From positions 163,246,001 through 163,310,000 of the forward strand of contig NC_043000.1 of the NCBI RefSeq assembly GCF_006345805.1: 64,000 nucleotides of DNA. Reading direction: 5' to 3'. This stretch comes from Octopus sinensis (Eukaryota). Positions 52,951-64,000 of this stretch are shown piece after piece. The notes under the pieces are model-generated. The model saw nothing but the letters and a program-made list of their open reading frames with translations, was not told the DNA's origin and searched no databases. The translations under genes and the position numbers were made by a program. Position 1 is the stretch's first letter. Every line of letters starts with the position of its first letter.

Positions 52951-53473
52951 GCACATTCAGAAGTACACTTCTGTTCTATTTCAGCTTGTCCTACATTTTC
53001 TGCACTATTTAGACACTTGGTAAACATATGGCATTTATTTTAACAATCGATGCTCATGTATGATATATGTATATGTGTACGGTACATGCTGACATACGCG
53101 CGCACGCACACACTCACACACACACGCGCACACACACACTCATATACATGCATAAATATGTACATATTTGTTAGTGTGTGTATCTGGTGTATGTATATGC
53201 TACGTTCAAAAAACTCTAAGCGCACATACTGTACTAACGCGAAGAAATAGGACGCACGCACACCCACCTGTGCGCGCAAATACCCACACACACAGGTATA
53301 TAAACAAACACATCTGTGTGTGTGCGCGTGCGTGTGTGTGCACGTGTATGCGTGCGTGTGTGTGTAGTGTCTGATATGATGTATAATTTGATGTACCAAC
53401 GAAGTATGCTAAAAAGGAATATGAATCATCCTCAGTGTCTTGGGCCCTTGCAATATATTAAAGAAATCATCAA

Positions 53474-53475
<2 letters not shown>

Positions 53476-53558
<83 letters not shown>

Positions 53559-53559
53559 G

Positions 53560-53593
<34 letters not shown>

Positions 53594-53627
53594 TGTTATT
53601 GTTATTATTATATTATTATTATTATCA

Positions 53628-53692
<65 letters not shown>

Positions 53693-53700
53693 CAACATTA
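53476..53700 (+). repeat. (ATT)n microsatellite
   Basis: Direct reading. Also at 10023-10096 and 57238-57333 (with ACT repeats). Confidence 0.95.
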
Positions 53701-53701
53701 T

Positions 53702-54400
53702 TAAGGCGGCGAGCTGGTAGAATCGTTAGCACGCCGGGCGAAATGCTTAGCGGTATTTCGTCTATCACTACGTTCTGAGTTCAAATTCCGCCGGGGTCGA
53801 CTTTGCCTTTCATCCTTTCTGGGTCAATAAATTAAGTACCCGTCTAGTACTGGGATCATTGTGATCGATTGTACCCCTCCTCACAAAGATCCTTGTGCCT
53901 ATAGTGGAAAGGATTGTTATTATCATTATTGAGTCGATAAATTAACTACCAGTTATGCGCTGGGGTGGATGTAGTCGACCGATCCCCTCCCCCAAAATTC
54001 CAGTCTTGTGCCTATATTAGAAAGGATTATGATGATTATTAAGGCGGTGAACTGGTGGAATAGCTACCGCGCCGAGGAAAATGTTTAGCGACATTTCTTC
54101 CGACTTTATATTTTCAGTTCAAAGTCGGCCGAAGCTGACTTTGCCTTTCATCCTTTCGGGGTCAATGGTATAATTAACAGTTGACTGCCGGGGTGGATGA
54201 TATCGACTTATCTCCTCCCCCCAAATTTGAAATCATTATTATTATTGATACGAAAGCAGAGAACTGACGTAATTGTTAGTACACCGAATTTTGTCGGTCC
54301 TTGTTCTGAGTTCAAATTCTGCCGATAAGTACCTGATTAGCACTGGGGTCGGCGTTATGAACTTCTCCACCAGTCAAAAGTGTAGGCCTTGTGCCAGAAT
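53702..54400 (+). mobile_element. Head-to-tail cluster of about four SINE family B copies
   Basis: Copies at about 53702-53915, 53930-54030 (3' half), 54041-54236 and 54250-54400, separated by short (ATT)n runs. Confidence 0.8.
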
Positions 54401-54949
54401 AAGAAAGGGCGGATGGACGGATAGAACGGAACGGAACGAGACAAGGCAGACGGATGGGACAGATGGGACAGATGGGACAGATGGGACGGATGAGCGGAGT
54501 TAATCGACAGAGTAAAACGGAGCGTTTTTCAAATGCTTTGAACGGTTAGATAAACTCTTAAAAATATAAATAAATATGGGTATTTATATAAGGGTATTTA
54601 TATAGCGTAAATAAACTCCTGAAAGCTAAACCAGTAATTGTTGTAATTGCAAATATTCTAAAAACATGGATAAATTATAGGACATTATACAGCGTCTTTG
54701 GGATAATTTGAAATGGAAAGTATAATGCTCTTAAAAATATTGGCATACTCTCTATCCTCACGAAGAAAAAATATGTAGTCTTCCTCTGACGAAGATTTTC
54801 ACTATTTTGTTATTCATCGCAGCAAAACTAAATTCTGGTTAGTTTGTTTGTTCATATTATTTCAAACATTTATACTTGTGCGCGCGCACACATATCTGGA
54901 TTTGTTCCATCTTCACTGATAACTTCCGCATTCTTATGCTTCCTTGTTG

Positions 54950-55450
54950 TCAATGGCATTTTTTACTTTCCGTCCATGACCTCTCGGATGACTATTTATT
55001 CCTAATGCAGATCTGCATGATTTGAAGCATACGTGATAGACGAAAATTCCAACTTGCTGCGCGCTTCCAACTGGTTAGGTCTGCACCCATCGGCATTCTT
55101 CCGTTGCCATAAGACTTTCAGGAGATGGAATGACAAATTAAGTTACCATAAAGAAATATGTGTACATCAATGGATTATAGTGATAAAGGCTTGTACGACA
55201 AGAGCACCACTCTTTTAGTCTGTAATTAGTGCCTGGTGGCAGGCCGAAGAGAGATAGCCACCAATCACATGAAACCGCAGGTTTTATATCAGGGTCCCTC
55301 TCCTAGAAGCTGGAATAACAGCTAGAATTCCCACACTCTCAGTGATTTTCATGCGCACCCTGACAGCATATACTAGTTTAGTCATAGCTGGGACTTTGAC
55401 AAGTGCTACAACTTCGGGTCAGAGCTGACCTGGGAACAATACTGGCTAAC
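54950..55450 (-). mobile_element. RTE-like LINE 3' remnant
   Basis: Minus-strand IFLYGNL (cf. LFYGEL) and CRSALGINSHPRGH (cf. the RTE C-terminal C.S..GL.SH.R.H motif). Confidence 0.45.
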
Positions 55451-55664
55451 AGGTGATTCTACATTTGTCGGAAACCTGAAACTCCCAAACCAGAGCCTCA
55501 CTACGAGATGTAGTCACACGACAGTACATTCAGTTCAGCCGCACTGCGTGGTACCTTCGGCAAGCATCTCTTATACCACCCGATTAACTAGTTACATCGT
55601 GAGTGAATTAGATAGACAGAAACGCTGCTTGAACCCGTATATATATATATATATATCTAAAGAC

Positions 55665-55980
55665 TCCGCCGGTTACGACGACGAGGGTCCCAGCTGATAC
55701 GATCAACGGAACAGCTTGCTCGTGAAATTAACGTGCAAATGGCTGAGCATTCCACAGACACGTGTACCCTTAACGTAGTTCTCGGGGATAATCAGCGTGA
55801 CACAGAGAGTGACAAGGCTGACCCTTTGAAATACAAGTACAACTCATTTTTGCCAGCTGAGTGGACTGGAGCAACGTGAAATAAAGTGTCTTGCTCAAGG
55901 ACACAACGCGTCGCCGGGAATCGAACTCACAACCTTACGATCATGAGCCGAATGCCCTAACCACTAAGCCACGCGCCCTC
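55665..55980 (-). mobile_element. tRNA-derived SINE family C
   Basis: Minus head AGGGCGCGTGGCTTAGTGGTTAGGGC...GAGTTCGATTCCC (A and B boxes), then TGTCCTTGAGCAAGACACTT. Related copies at about 45-285 (+, different 3' half), 50071-50234 (-) and 56354-56680 (+). Confidence 0.85.
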
Positions 55981-56353
55981 ACTATATATATATATATATG
56001 CAGGAATGTGTGGGTGGTGTATGTGCGTGTGTGTCAGTTTGTCTGTCTGTGTTTGTGTCTGGCCTACACCACTTACTTAACCGGTATTGGTTTGTTTGCG
56101 TGCCTATTATGTAGAGGCTCGGTAAATATGACCGATGGAAGAGGTACCAGACTAAAAAATGAGCACAGGGGTGGATTGAACCCGTGAAAGCTGTGCCCCA
56201 AGTATGCCTGTAATTCAATGACTGAAACAAATAAAATAAAATGCAATAAATATATATACTCCGACTTAAGTACTGAGTTTATAAAGTTATATATATATAA
56301 GCTGTCTTTTGTCTGAAAGCGTTAGTAAACGTTTGTATGTAAGTGTATATGAA

Positions 56354-56680
56354 GACACGTGGCTTAATGATTCGGGCAATCGACTCACGTTCGTAAGGTT
56401 GAGACTTCCCAATTTCGGCACTCTGTTGCTTCTTTGAGCATGTCGCTTTATTTCACTTCCTTCCAATCCATTCAACTGGGGAAAATGAATTGTATCTGAA
56501 ATTTAAAGAGTTAGCCTTGTCACATTCTGTGAAAACTGCGTGGATCTTTATGAGAAATACATGAAGGGTACGCGTGTCTTCAGGGTACTTAGCCAGTTGC
56601 ACGTTAATTTCACGAGCAGGCTATTCTGTTGATCGAATCAACTGAAACCCTCGTCGTCATAACCGACGGAATGCCAATAT
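56354..56680 (+). mobile_element. tRNA-derived SINE family C, diverged
   Basis: Inverted and colinear relative to 55665-55980. Confidence 0.75.
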
Positions 56681-57236
56681 GTACGCGTATAAAAATTCTC
56701 AAAAATAAAATCAAAATTTGGCAAGTATTTTAAAACCGCCACAAATCAACTGTCAGTAAACTTTAATTTTTGTTTTTTAATTTTACCAAAAAAAAAATGG
56801 CTGAACGTTGATAAGATAGAGCTAGGGCTAACAGCACACCGGGGTTAAACTAATCTTGAAAATGTGTGAAGTTTAATTGAAAGGTAGACCACACACAACG
56901 GAAAGACAGTTTCTGTCTGAATTTTAAAATTTTGTTTCTAGTTCTGTTTCATCACCGAATACGGGGTATTTTGATTATCCTTATATAGCTTTCTTTACAA
57001 TACCATGCATTAATTCTCTACTCTCGTTACTTTTTCTTCTTTTTTTTATGCAAATAAGATTTTTAGAGAAAAATAAAGAAATTCATGATTTTTGCTAACT
57101 GAATATAAAGATGACCTTACGTGAGGGAGATGCCATTTGTCTTTACCAACTGACAGTGTGAACAGCTCTCTGAAATTTAATGTTTATAATTTAAAATTCA
57201 GATATGCTAAAAAGAGAAAGATATAAATAATAAAAA

Positions 57237-57277
<41 letters not shown>

Positions 57278-57295
57278 TATTATTATTATTATTAT

Positions 57296-57333
<38 letters not shown>

Positions 57334-58215
57334 TCAGAACCGACATATAGGGGAGAGTACAGTAGACGTGGACAGTGGGGCTTTGCACAAAACAACGACT
57401 ACACAATTAAAACAATAACAATACCAAGCAAGAAGAATATAACAATGAAAGCTCCCCAGTTGGCTCAGGTACCCCACCAATCCTGACGCTTCGAAGGCAT
57501 CCGGGTAGGGCACCCTTCTTATTAGAGTAGGTCCACTCACACGGGCTATTTTCGCTACAATCACCCACCTTTTGGCAAATGTACTGGGGAGAAGCACTTC
57601 TCTCTTCACCCTCAGCTTCCTTTCCAAATAAAATTTGTAGAAGTTGATGAGGGATTGGCTGAAGAGAAAAGTGTCAAGTCCAATGGAAGGCAGCGAATCG
57701 ATTCTCACTATGGACTCGGCCGATAGCCAAATCCGCCCTACACGTGATAACAGTTGTTCAACCACAAGTCAGTGATGCAAGAGCACTGGACGAGTGAGTG
57801 GAGAACGGTTTCGTCGCTCTGCGCGCTTCTCGGGCAGGTTCATCTGACAGCACTTTCGTGTCTGTAGAGTTTATCTCGAACTGGCAGTGCCCCCATCCCC
57901 GGTAGCACTGTCAAGCTAGAGATTTCTGGAAGTTATCCATCATCCCCGGCTTGAAAGTCCTGAACAGACTGGTCAGTTTGACTTCGTCGACGTCTAGCGC
58001 CTCTCCGAGTGCATCATCGCTCTTTCCCTCCATTAATCCTCTATAGAGCTCAAGAGTGGGTGTTCCACTGATCTCATTGCTCGACTGGTAAAGGGCAGTG
58101 AGTGCCTAGCAACATTCCAGTTACCAGTCACCCTATCTCGGTCTCTTCTTGACCCAGGACTACAGCTCGGTCAAGGAGACGAGCTGGGGAAAGGCCTGTT
58201 TGACAAGGTATCCGG
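57334..58215 (-). mobile_element. Tx1/L1-clade LINE, 3' end of ORF2 (zf-RVT-like region) plus 3' UTR
   Basis: LYRGLMEG...DNFQKSLA*QCYRG/ALPVRDKLYRH...TCPRSAQSDETVLHSLVQC; FYKFYLERKLRVKREVL...FAKRWV. Runs into (TAG)n(TAA)n. Confidence 0.8.
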
Positions 58216-58334
58216 CGAGTTTGTCTAAAACAATTCGTCTAAAATACAACTGATCTAAATGAAATTTGCCTTAAACAATTTGTCGAAAACAATTTGTCTA
58301 AAACACTATTAATCCTGAAATAATTTGTCTAAAA

Positions 58335-59870
58335 AATATAAATTGTTTCTTTTTTTATGAATTCGTTGGAAGGTCCACTCGGTGTCTTGTGATGGTTGGG
58401 TGGTTCAACTTCCATAATTGGTGGAGTTTTCGTAGGTGGGGGAGGGACCCCTTTAAGAGTATCGATGTGGGTCTCACGTTCGCGGTTCCAACGTCCCCAG
58501 GAAAGCTCTCTCGAATTTTTGTTCAGGAATCGAGCGATATTCGTACCAGAAGCAAATCTTCTGGTACGCGAAATGCGCTCGATTCGAAAATCACTCCCAC
58601 CGTCATTCAAATTCAAGGTTTTGTGTTATTCGGGCCATCGGTTCCTCGCTGTGCCTTCTGATGAGAACGAAGTTGGGTGTTTTGTGTTGGTGTTGTTTAA
58701 TTTGTTTGCTTGGCTGTAGTGGTGATGGTCTTATTGTTGTTGTTTCGGTGGTATCTGCAATTTTAGATGTTTGTGTGAGTATTTGTTCTTATGTGTGTTT
58801 AGGTTGCTTGCGTTTGGGGGATTCTGGTGACAGTGGTGGTGTTGGTGTTATTGGGGAGATGCTTGTGTGGGTGGTGTTTGTATATTTTTTATTGTGAGTG
58901 TTGTTATGCTTTATAGTTTTTGTTCTATACTTTCCTTTTTTGTTTGTTTTTTTGGTGGGGAGGGGGCTTTTGGTTTTCCTTCATCTTCACTACTGGAGGA
59001 TGAGGGGTTTGTTGCTGTAAGTGTGTCTGTGGGTATGGTTATATTCTTGTTTATATGAGTATTTTTGTTTAGTGTGAGGGAGTGAGAGAGCTTTCCTCGT
59101 TTCCCCCTGGGGTAGGTAATATCTTTGGTGTTTCTTTTGTTGTTGCTAGTGGTTTTGCCAGTGCTGGTATTGCTTGTCGTCCACGTCTCGGCTTAGGCAT
59201 CAGTGGAGGCCTTTGATCCCTTGCACTTTTTACCAGTTGGGGGCAGCAAACTCGCAAATGAATAGTTTCTCCAGATCAACCCCGAATCAGTCTCTCCAGC
59301 AGTTCTTGTCGCTCCTATCAGGACGGCATGCGTCCCCTCCACAATTACGCATCCCAGAAGACACCACATACCAAGTCCTGGTGGGATCCTAGGAATGCGA
59401 ACATGTACTGTACATTTCCCCAAGTGGGAGGTGTACATAATGACTTTGCTTGGCTTCTGACTTAAAATCACCGAAATGATGCCGTAGTGTTTGCCCCTCG
59501 CTATGTACTCAGTGTCATCTCTGATGCACCTCAGCACCACTTCAATATCTACTTGGGCTATTAAAACTGCTCTTTTTGTCTCTGCTAAGCTGCATCTGAA
59601 AAGCACCGTTCTTTTCTCCACTGCTTCAATTGCCTCTTACGGAATAATTAGGTTGGCCCAAGTTTCTTGTTGTTTAATCAGTTTCCATACCTGGGTCAAC
59701 AATTCATCTCTATTTGTGATCCCCACGATGAAGCTTTACTTTTTTTCGCTGCTGCTACGAACGTATTTTTGTCGTTGGTAAAGTTCTCCTCGTCACCGTT
59801 GTTGTTGTTGCTGTTGTTGTCGTTGTTCTTGTTGGTGTTGTTGGTGTCAGTTTTGTAGCTGTTGCTGTTA
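58335..59870 (-). mobile_element. Degenerate ORF1-like region of a Tx1/L1-clade LINE
   Basis: Broken coding-like frames (EAVEKRTVLFRC...RGKHYGIISV...GKCTVHVRIPRIPPG; FSNRAHFAYQKICFWYEY...) lie upstream of and co-oriented with the Tx1 ORF2 end. Confidence 0.55.
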
Positions 59871-59989
59871 AAAAAGTGGCGGGGAGGATGATAGAGATGT
59901 GGCCCTTCTGATACAGGAAGGCCTCTAGAGATAATCGAGGAACCCCATTGTCAGAGATTTCCCTGGAACCCCTAGAGCAATTGCTCTCC

Positions 59990-60120
59990 AATTCCTTCTC
60001 TCCGATTCGCAGGTCTACACTTAGAGAGGTACCATCCACTCTTGGCATTTTCGTAAATTTCACCCACTTTTCAATAAACTCATTCGAGGACAACACTTCC
60101 CTCTTCCATTCTCAATTTAC
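59990..60120 (-). mobile_element. Second, 5'-truncated Tx1-like ORF2 C-terminus
   Basis: KLRME/REVLSSNEFIEKWVKFTKMPRVDGTSL aligns with KLRVKREVLLPSTFAKRWVIVAKIARVSGPTL at about 57530-57630. Confidence 0.7.
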
Positions 60121-60308
60121 TTGATAATAATAGTAATAATGATGATGATGATGGGGATTTTGGAGACAAAGTAGTCAAAAGGCGTTATTATGTATATATA
60201 TATATATATATTTAAAGTGAATAATTAATAAATTTTTCTCTTATGAGGTTTTCCACGCTAACTTCTTGATAAATTCTTATAAAGATGTTATCCTATTTTA
60301 AAATTGTA

Positions 60309-60446
<138 letters not shown>

Positions 60447-60564
60447 TATATATATATATATGACGGATAAATGGTCTGGCTGTCATAGCCAAGATGTTTG
60501 TGACCAAGCGGCCAAAGATAACAAAAGTAATAAACGAAGATAATATATATATATATATATATAT

Positions 60565-60624
<60 letters not shown>

Positions 60625-60837
60625 ACGAACGACTTGATAGGAAGACATACAGAGAGAGAGAGAAAAAGAAAATATGAAAGACAGGCAGGCAGAGACGGGA
60701 ATATCTTAGTGAATGTAGATGGGGGGGGGCGGTGCTGATTATGTGTGTATATATTATATGCGAATATTCTTGTGAAAATGAGAGTACGAAAAGGTAAGGA
60801 AGGACACGGAGGATTAGAGAGAAACAGATATAGCGAA

Positions 60838-61010
60838 TGAGAGAGAGAAATAGATAGGGAGTGAGAGAGACAGAAATAGATAGGGAGTGAGAGAGAGAGA
60901 AATAGATAGGGAGTGAGAGAGAGAGAGAAATAGATAGGGAGTGAGAGAGAGAGAAATAGATAGGGAGTGAGAGAGACAGAAATAGATAGGGAGTGAGAGA
61001 AACAGATAGA
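60838..61010 (+). repeat. Purine-rich minisatellite AAATAGATAGGGAGT(GA)n
   Basis: About five to six units with variable GA length. Confidence 0.9.
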
Positions 61011-61438
61011 GAGAGAAAAGAGAACCGCGTAAAGAGACCCTGGGCGAGAGTTAAAAGCAAAAAATGACACAAAAAGAATGCAATATAGACATAGAAAAGG
61101 ATTTAGCGGAGTAAAATGGAGATGTATGAAGAAAAAGGTTAATACCTTGTTAGACCCCTAGAAATTGCACCTCCCATTCCGTTTATCTTAATTTTATCTA
61201 AGATCCGACATACTATCACTAATGGTTTTGCACTAGATGATGCTCCCAAGGAACCAAATAGACTAGCTAACATCCCCCACCATCACTAATGTTTAGGGGG
61301 CTCCGCTTTCCTGTTGTAATGTACTTATTATATACCGAGCAAGTCGTTTATATGTATGCACGCGCGCGTTGTGTTTCTGTTAAAATGTGTGTGTATACAT
61401 ATGTATGTAAGTACGTATGCATGGATGGCTCTCTCTTC

Positions 61439-61472
<34 letters not shown>

Positions 61473-61556
61473 AGTACTGTGTGGAGTAATTACATTTATA
61501 TATAATATATGTATGCATATACATATATATATATATATGTGTATGTATATATGTAT

Positions 61557-61640
<84 letters not shown>

Positions 61641-62192
61641 ATGTGTGTATGTATATACGCATACATACATACGCACTGAATTTATGTGTGTGACTATAAA
61701 GTGTCTAAATGTATGCAATACTGAATGCACGGCCAATAATCCTAATTCAAGCCTGTTCGAGTAAATTTATGATTAAGGATATTCCAGCCATGACTATCAC
61801 CTATTTTATCCATAAATAGTATTATTCACTATATCTTTCATCCTTTTAAAACAGTTTGGGGTTGTGTGAGGGAGAATTTTCTGCTGTTTCTCGCAGTTTG
61901 AACAATAACATATTCGTTCAAACGTTCTGGTGTGTGCGGGCTTGCGTGAGTGTGTGGGTGGGTGCATCCATCCTTTTGTGTGCATGTGAGTGAGTGATTG
62001 AGTGTGTGAGTGAGTGAGTGGGTGAGTGAGTGAGTGATTGAGTGAGTGAGTGAGTGAGTGAGTGAGTGAGTGAAAGAGTGTGTGAGTGAGTGAGTGAGTG
62101 AGTGACCGACCGTGTGTGTGGTTATTTTTCTTGTATTTGTGTAATGTAGAGCAGTAGTCAGCTACCTATTTTGCACTACGAACCGGGATATA

Positions 62193-62411
62193 CACGAGGG
62201 ATGTTAAGAAGTCCCTGCCTTTGGGTAAAAGAAGGTACAGGAGGATTAGTTAATTATGATTTTACTCAACACACTCCCCTCTCAGATTCACACTCTTATT
62301 GTGCGGGCCTTCAGTTTTCCTAAGCTCCCTGAAAGAACTCGGAATGCTGGACTTCCAACCGAGCCTTTTGCGATACCCTTAAAGCCAGGAACTTTACAGA
62401 ACCCCTACGTG
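62193..62411 (-). mobile_element. Mariner-derived MITE
   Basis: Imperfect ~35-bp TIRs (CACGAGGGATGTTAAGAAGTCCCTGCCTTT versus the reverse complement of AAAGCCAGGAACTTTACAGAACCCCTACGTG). The minus strand encodes NKSVNLRGECVE*, like the mariner transposase C-terminus. Confidence 0.7.
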
Positions 62412-62749
62412 TGTGTGTGGGGGGGAGGGGGGCAACTTCGTCTTTTTATATTGCTTTGGCCACTTTGAAACTAAAGTATCTTTATTCACTGATGTTGGTA
62501 AGGTGTGGTAGAATGGGAATTTGGTAGCTATTTCTAACAGATCGAACGTGGAAGCTCCTTCGTCGCTCGTTTACGAAATATTTATTGTACAAGCAATACA
62601 TGGCCTTGAACCTTTGATATTTTCCTTCCCTGATTGACGGTGTCCATAGGCATTCCGACCGGAGAGAGACAGTTGACTCAGACGGTGTCGCCATCTTGTG
62701 TTGGGATGTGGGTATAATGGCTAAAACACTTTCTCTCAAATATTCCACT

Positions 62750-63300
62750 TGACTTTACTTTCTCTCAAAACTTCACTTCATTAGCATGCTTGTTAATTTT
62801 GTTGTTCTTTAAATCCGAGTCAAGCCTATTTTAGGCGGCCTCTTATTAATGGCGTTTCAGTTGTAACCATTTCGTCAGTTTGAGACAAAGTATCTTGGAC
62901 CAAATATTCTAATGTGTCCTTGCTTTTTTTTTCCAAAGGCCGCACTTCATATGAACATCTTGATGTTATTTATTAAATTCTTGTCTATCATTTCATCAGG
63001 ATGGGATTTCAGGCAAGTTAGAAACAGCTGTTTGTACAGAGTAAGACAATGTTTTAGTTCATTTTTTAATGGAGCTAAATTTAACTGCGAAAAATGCAAT
63101 ATAATTGAAGGCTGGGCTGTGTTAATGAACTGGAATTTAAATATCGTTGGATGTTGACTGTATCGAGGTCCCTAATCCTAAATGTTTTTGAGACACATTT
63201 ATACCTCAACAGAGTTTAAATTGAGAAGCCTTCCCCTCTCTCTTGAAGAGGGTAGAAGTTAAATATGGTTAAGTGATCCAATTAGTCTAAACTAGACATT
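62750..63300 (-). mobile_element. Degenerate RTE-like RT remnant
   Basis: LPEIPS**NDRQEFN resembles KA.GPDEIP.EVWK..F. Weak. Confidence 0.3.
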
Positions 63301-64000
63301 TCATTATTTGTTGCAGTGATTGGCATTTCCGTAGAAGCTGAATTCTCGATAAGCATCCTTTCATTTAAGAGCAGCATTGCGAAAGCAGACTAGAACAGGG
63401 TCATATAAGCACAACTTCTTGGTCAGAATGTTTTAAGTATCTATGTGTCCATGTCTTTATTTCTTAGGTGAGACTCTCCTTTTTAGATTTGTTTATCAAC
63501 AACAGTTTTATTATCCCTAAGCTTATCTCATGCCCTAATGCAATGTTCTTCTAGAGGATCTAAGAAGATTGAAGAGGAACAGACAAATTGCCTTGTTTAA
63601 CATCGTTTAAAGCTTTAAAACTTCTCCAACACCATGGCAACGTAAGAAGAATTATACGGATGCAAATGCGATCCTGCTTTCTTATTAAAAAAGGAGGGAC
63701 AAAAGATGTGCGTGCGTGCGTGTGTGTGTGTGTGTGTGTAGGTAAAGAACTGCTGCCATAAAGGATTTGAGAGAGAAAAGAGATTTTTGATTGGTTTACG
63801 TTGTGTTTCTTACAGGACAGGAGTCGTTCGAATTTACTTGTATTCAGCTGCAACTTCTACCTCAGACTGTTTGATATTGAAAGATTGTAATAAACAGTTG
63901 CTCACATAGCTTTTAATGTTTTACATCGTTGTTGTTCTCGTTGCTTTGCAGTTTTTAAAAATCCAGTAATATTTGGGTTTTAATAGGTTGACCCGCATGC

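Noticed and set aside
55930-55980. tRNA gene
   Set aside because: The tRNA-like A/B boxes are SINE heads that continue into SINE body sequence, with no complete cloverleaf.
62850-63000. CTGACGA and CTGATGA cores on the minus strand
   Set aside because: They lie in an RT remnant, and helices or GAAA are incomplete.

Overview
AT-rich, microsatellite-dense animal genomic DNA. The SINE families and repeat landscape suggest an octopod cephalopod (inference). One clear protein-coding exon is present: the large internal exon (31318-32660, +) of a BMP3/GDF10-type TGF-beta ligand. Its first and last coding exons were not found in the window. The rest is a mosaic of tRNA-derived SINEs (three families), LINE remnants (CR1/L2-group, Tx1/L1, RTE), a Penelope-like GIY-YIG remnant, TIR DNA elements (mariner, an 8-bp-TSD element with an empty-site twin, a TTAA-flanked element), a probable Helitron and many simple repeats. 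The main discovery is six type I hammerhead-ribozyme motifs in five short inserts, four of which abut (TA)n tracts. Three of these inserts are bracketed by inverted repeats and one carries two tandem hammerheads, consistent with a diverse Penelope-pLTR/retrozyme-like population. All folds and alignments were done by eye; nothing was computed or searched.
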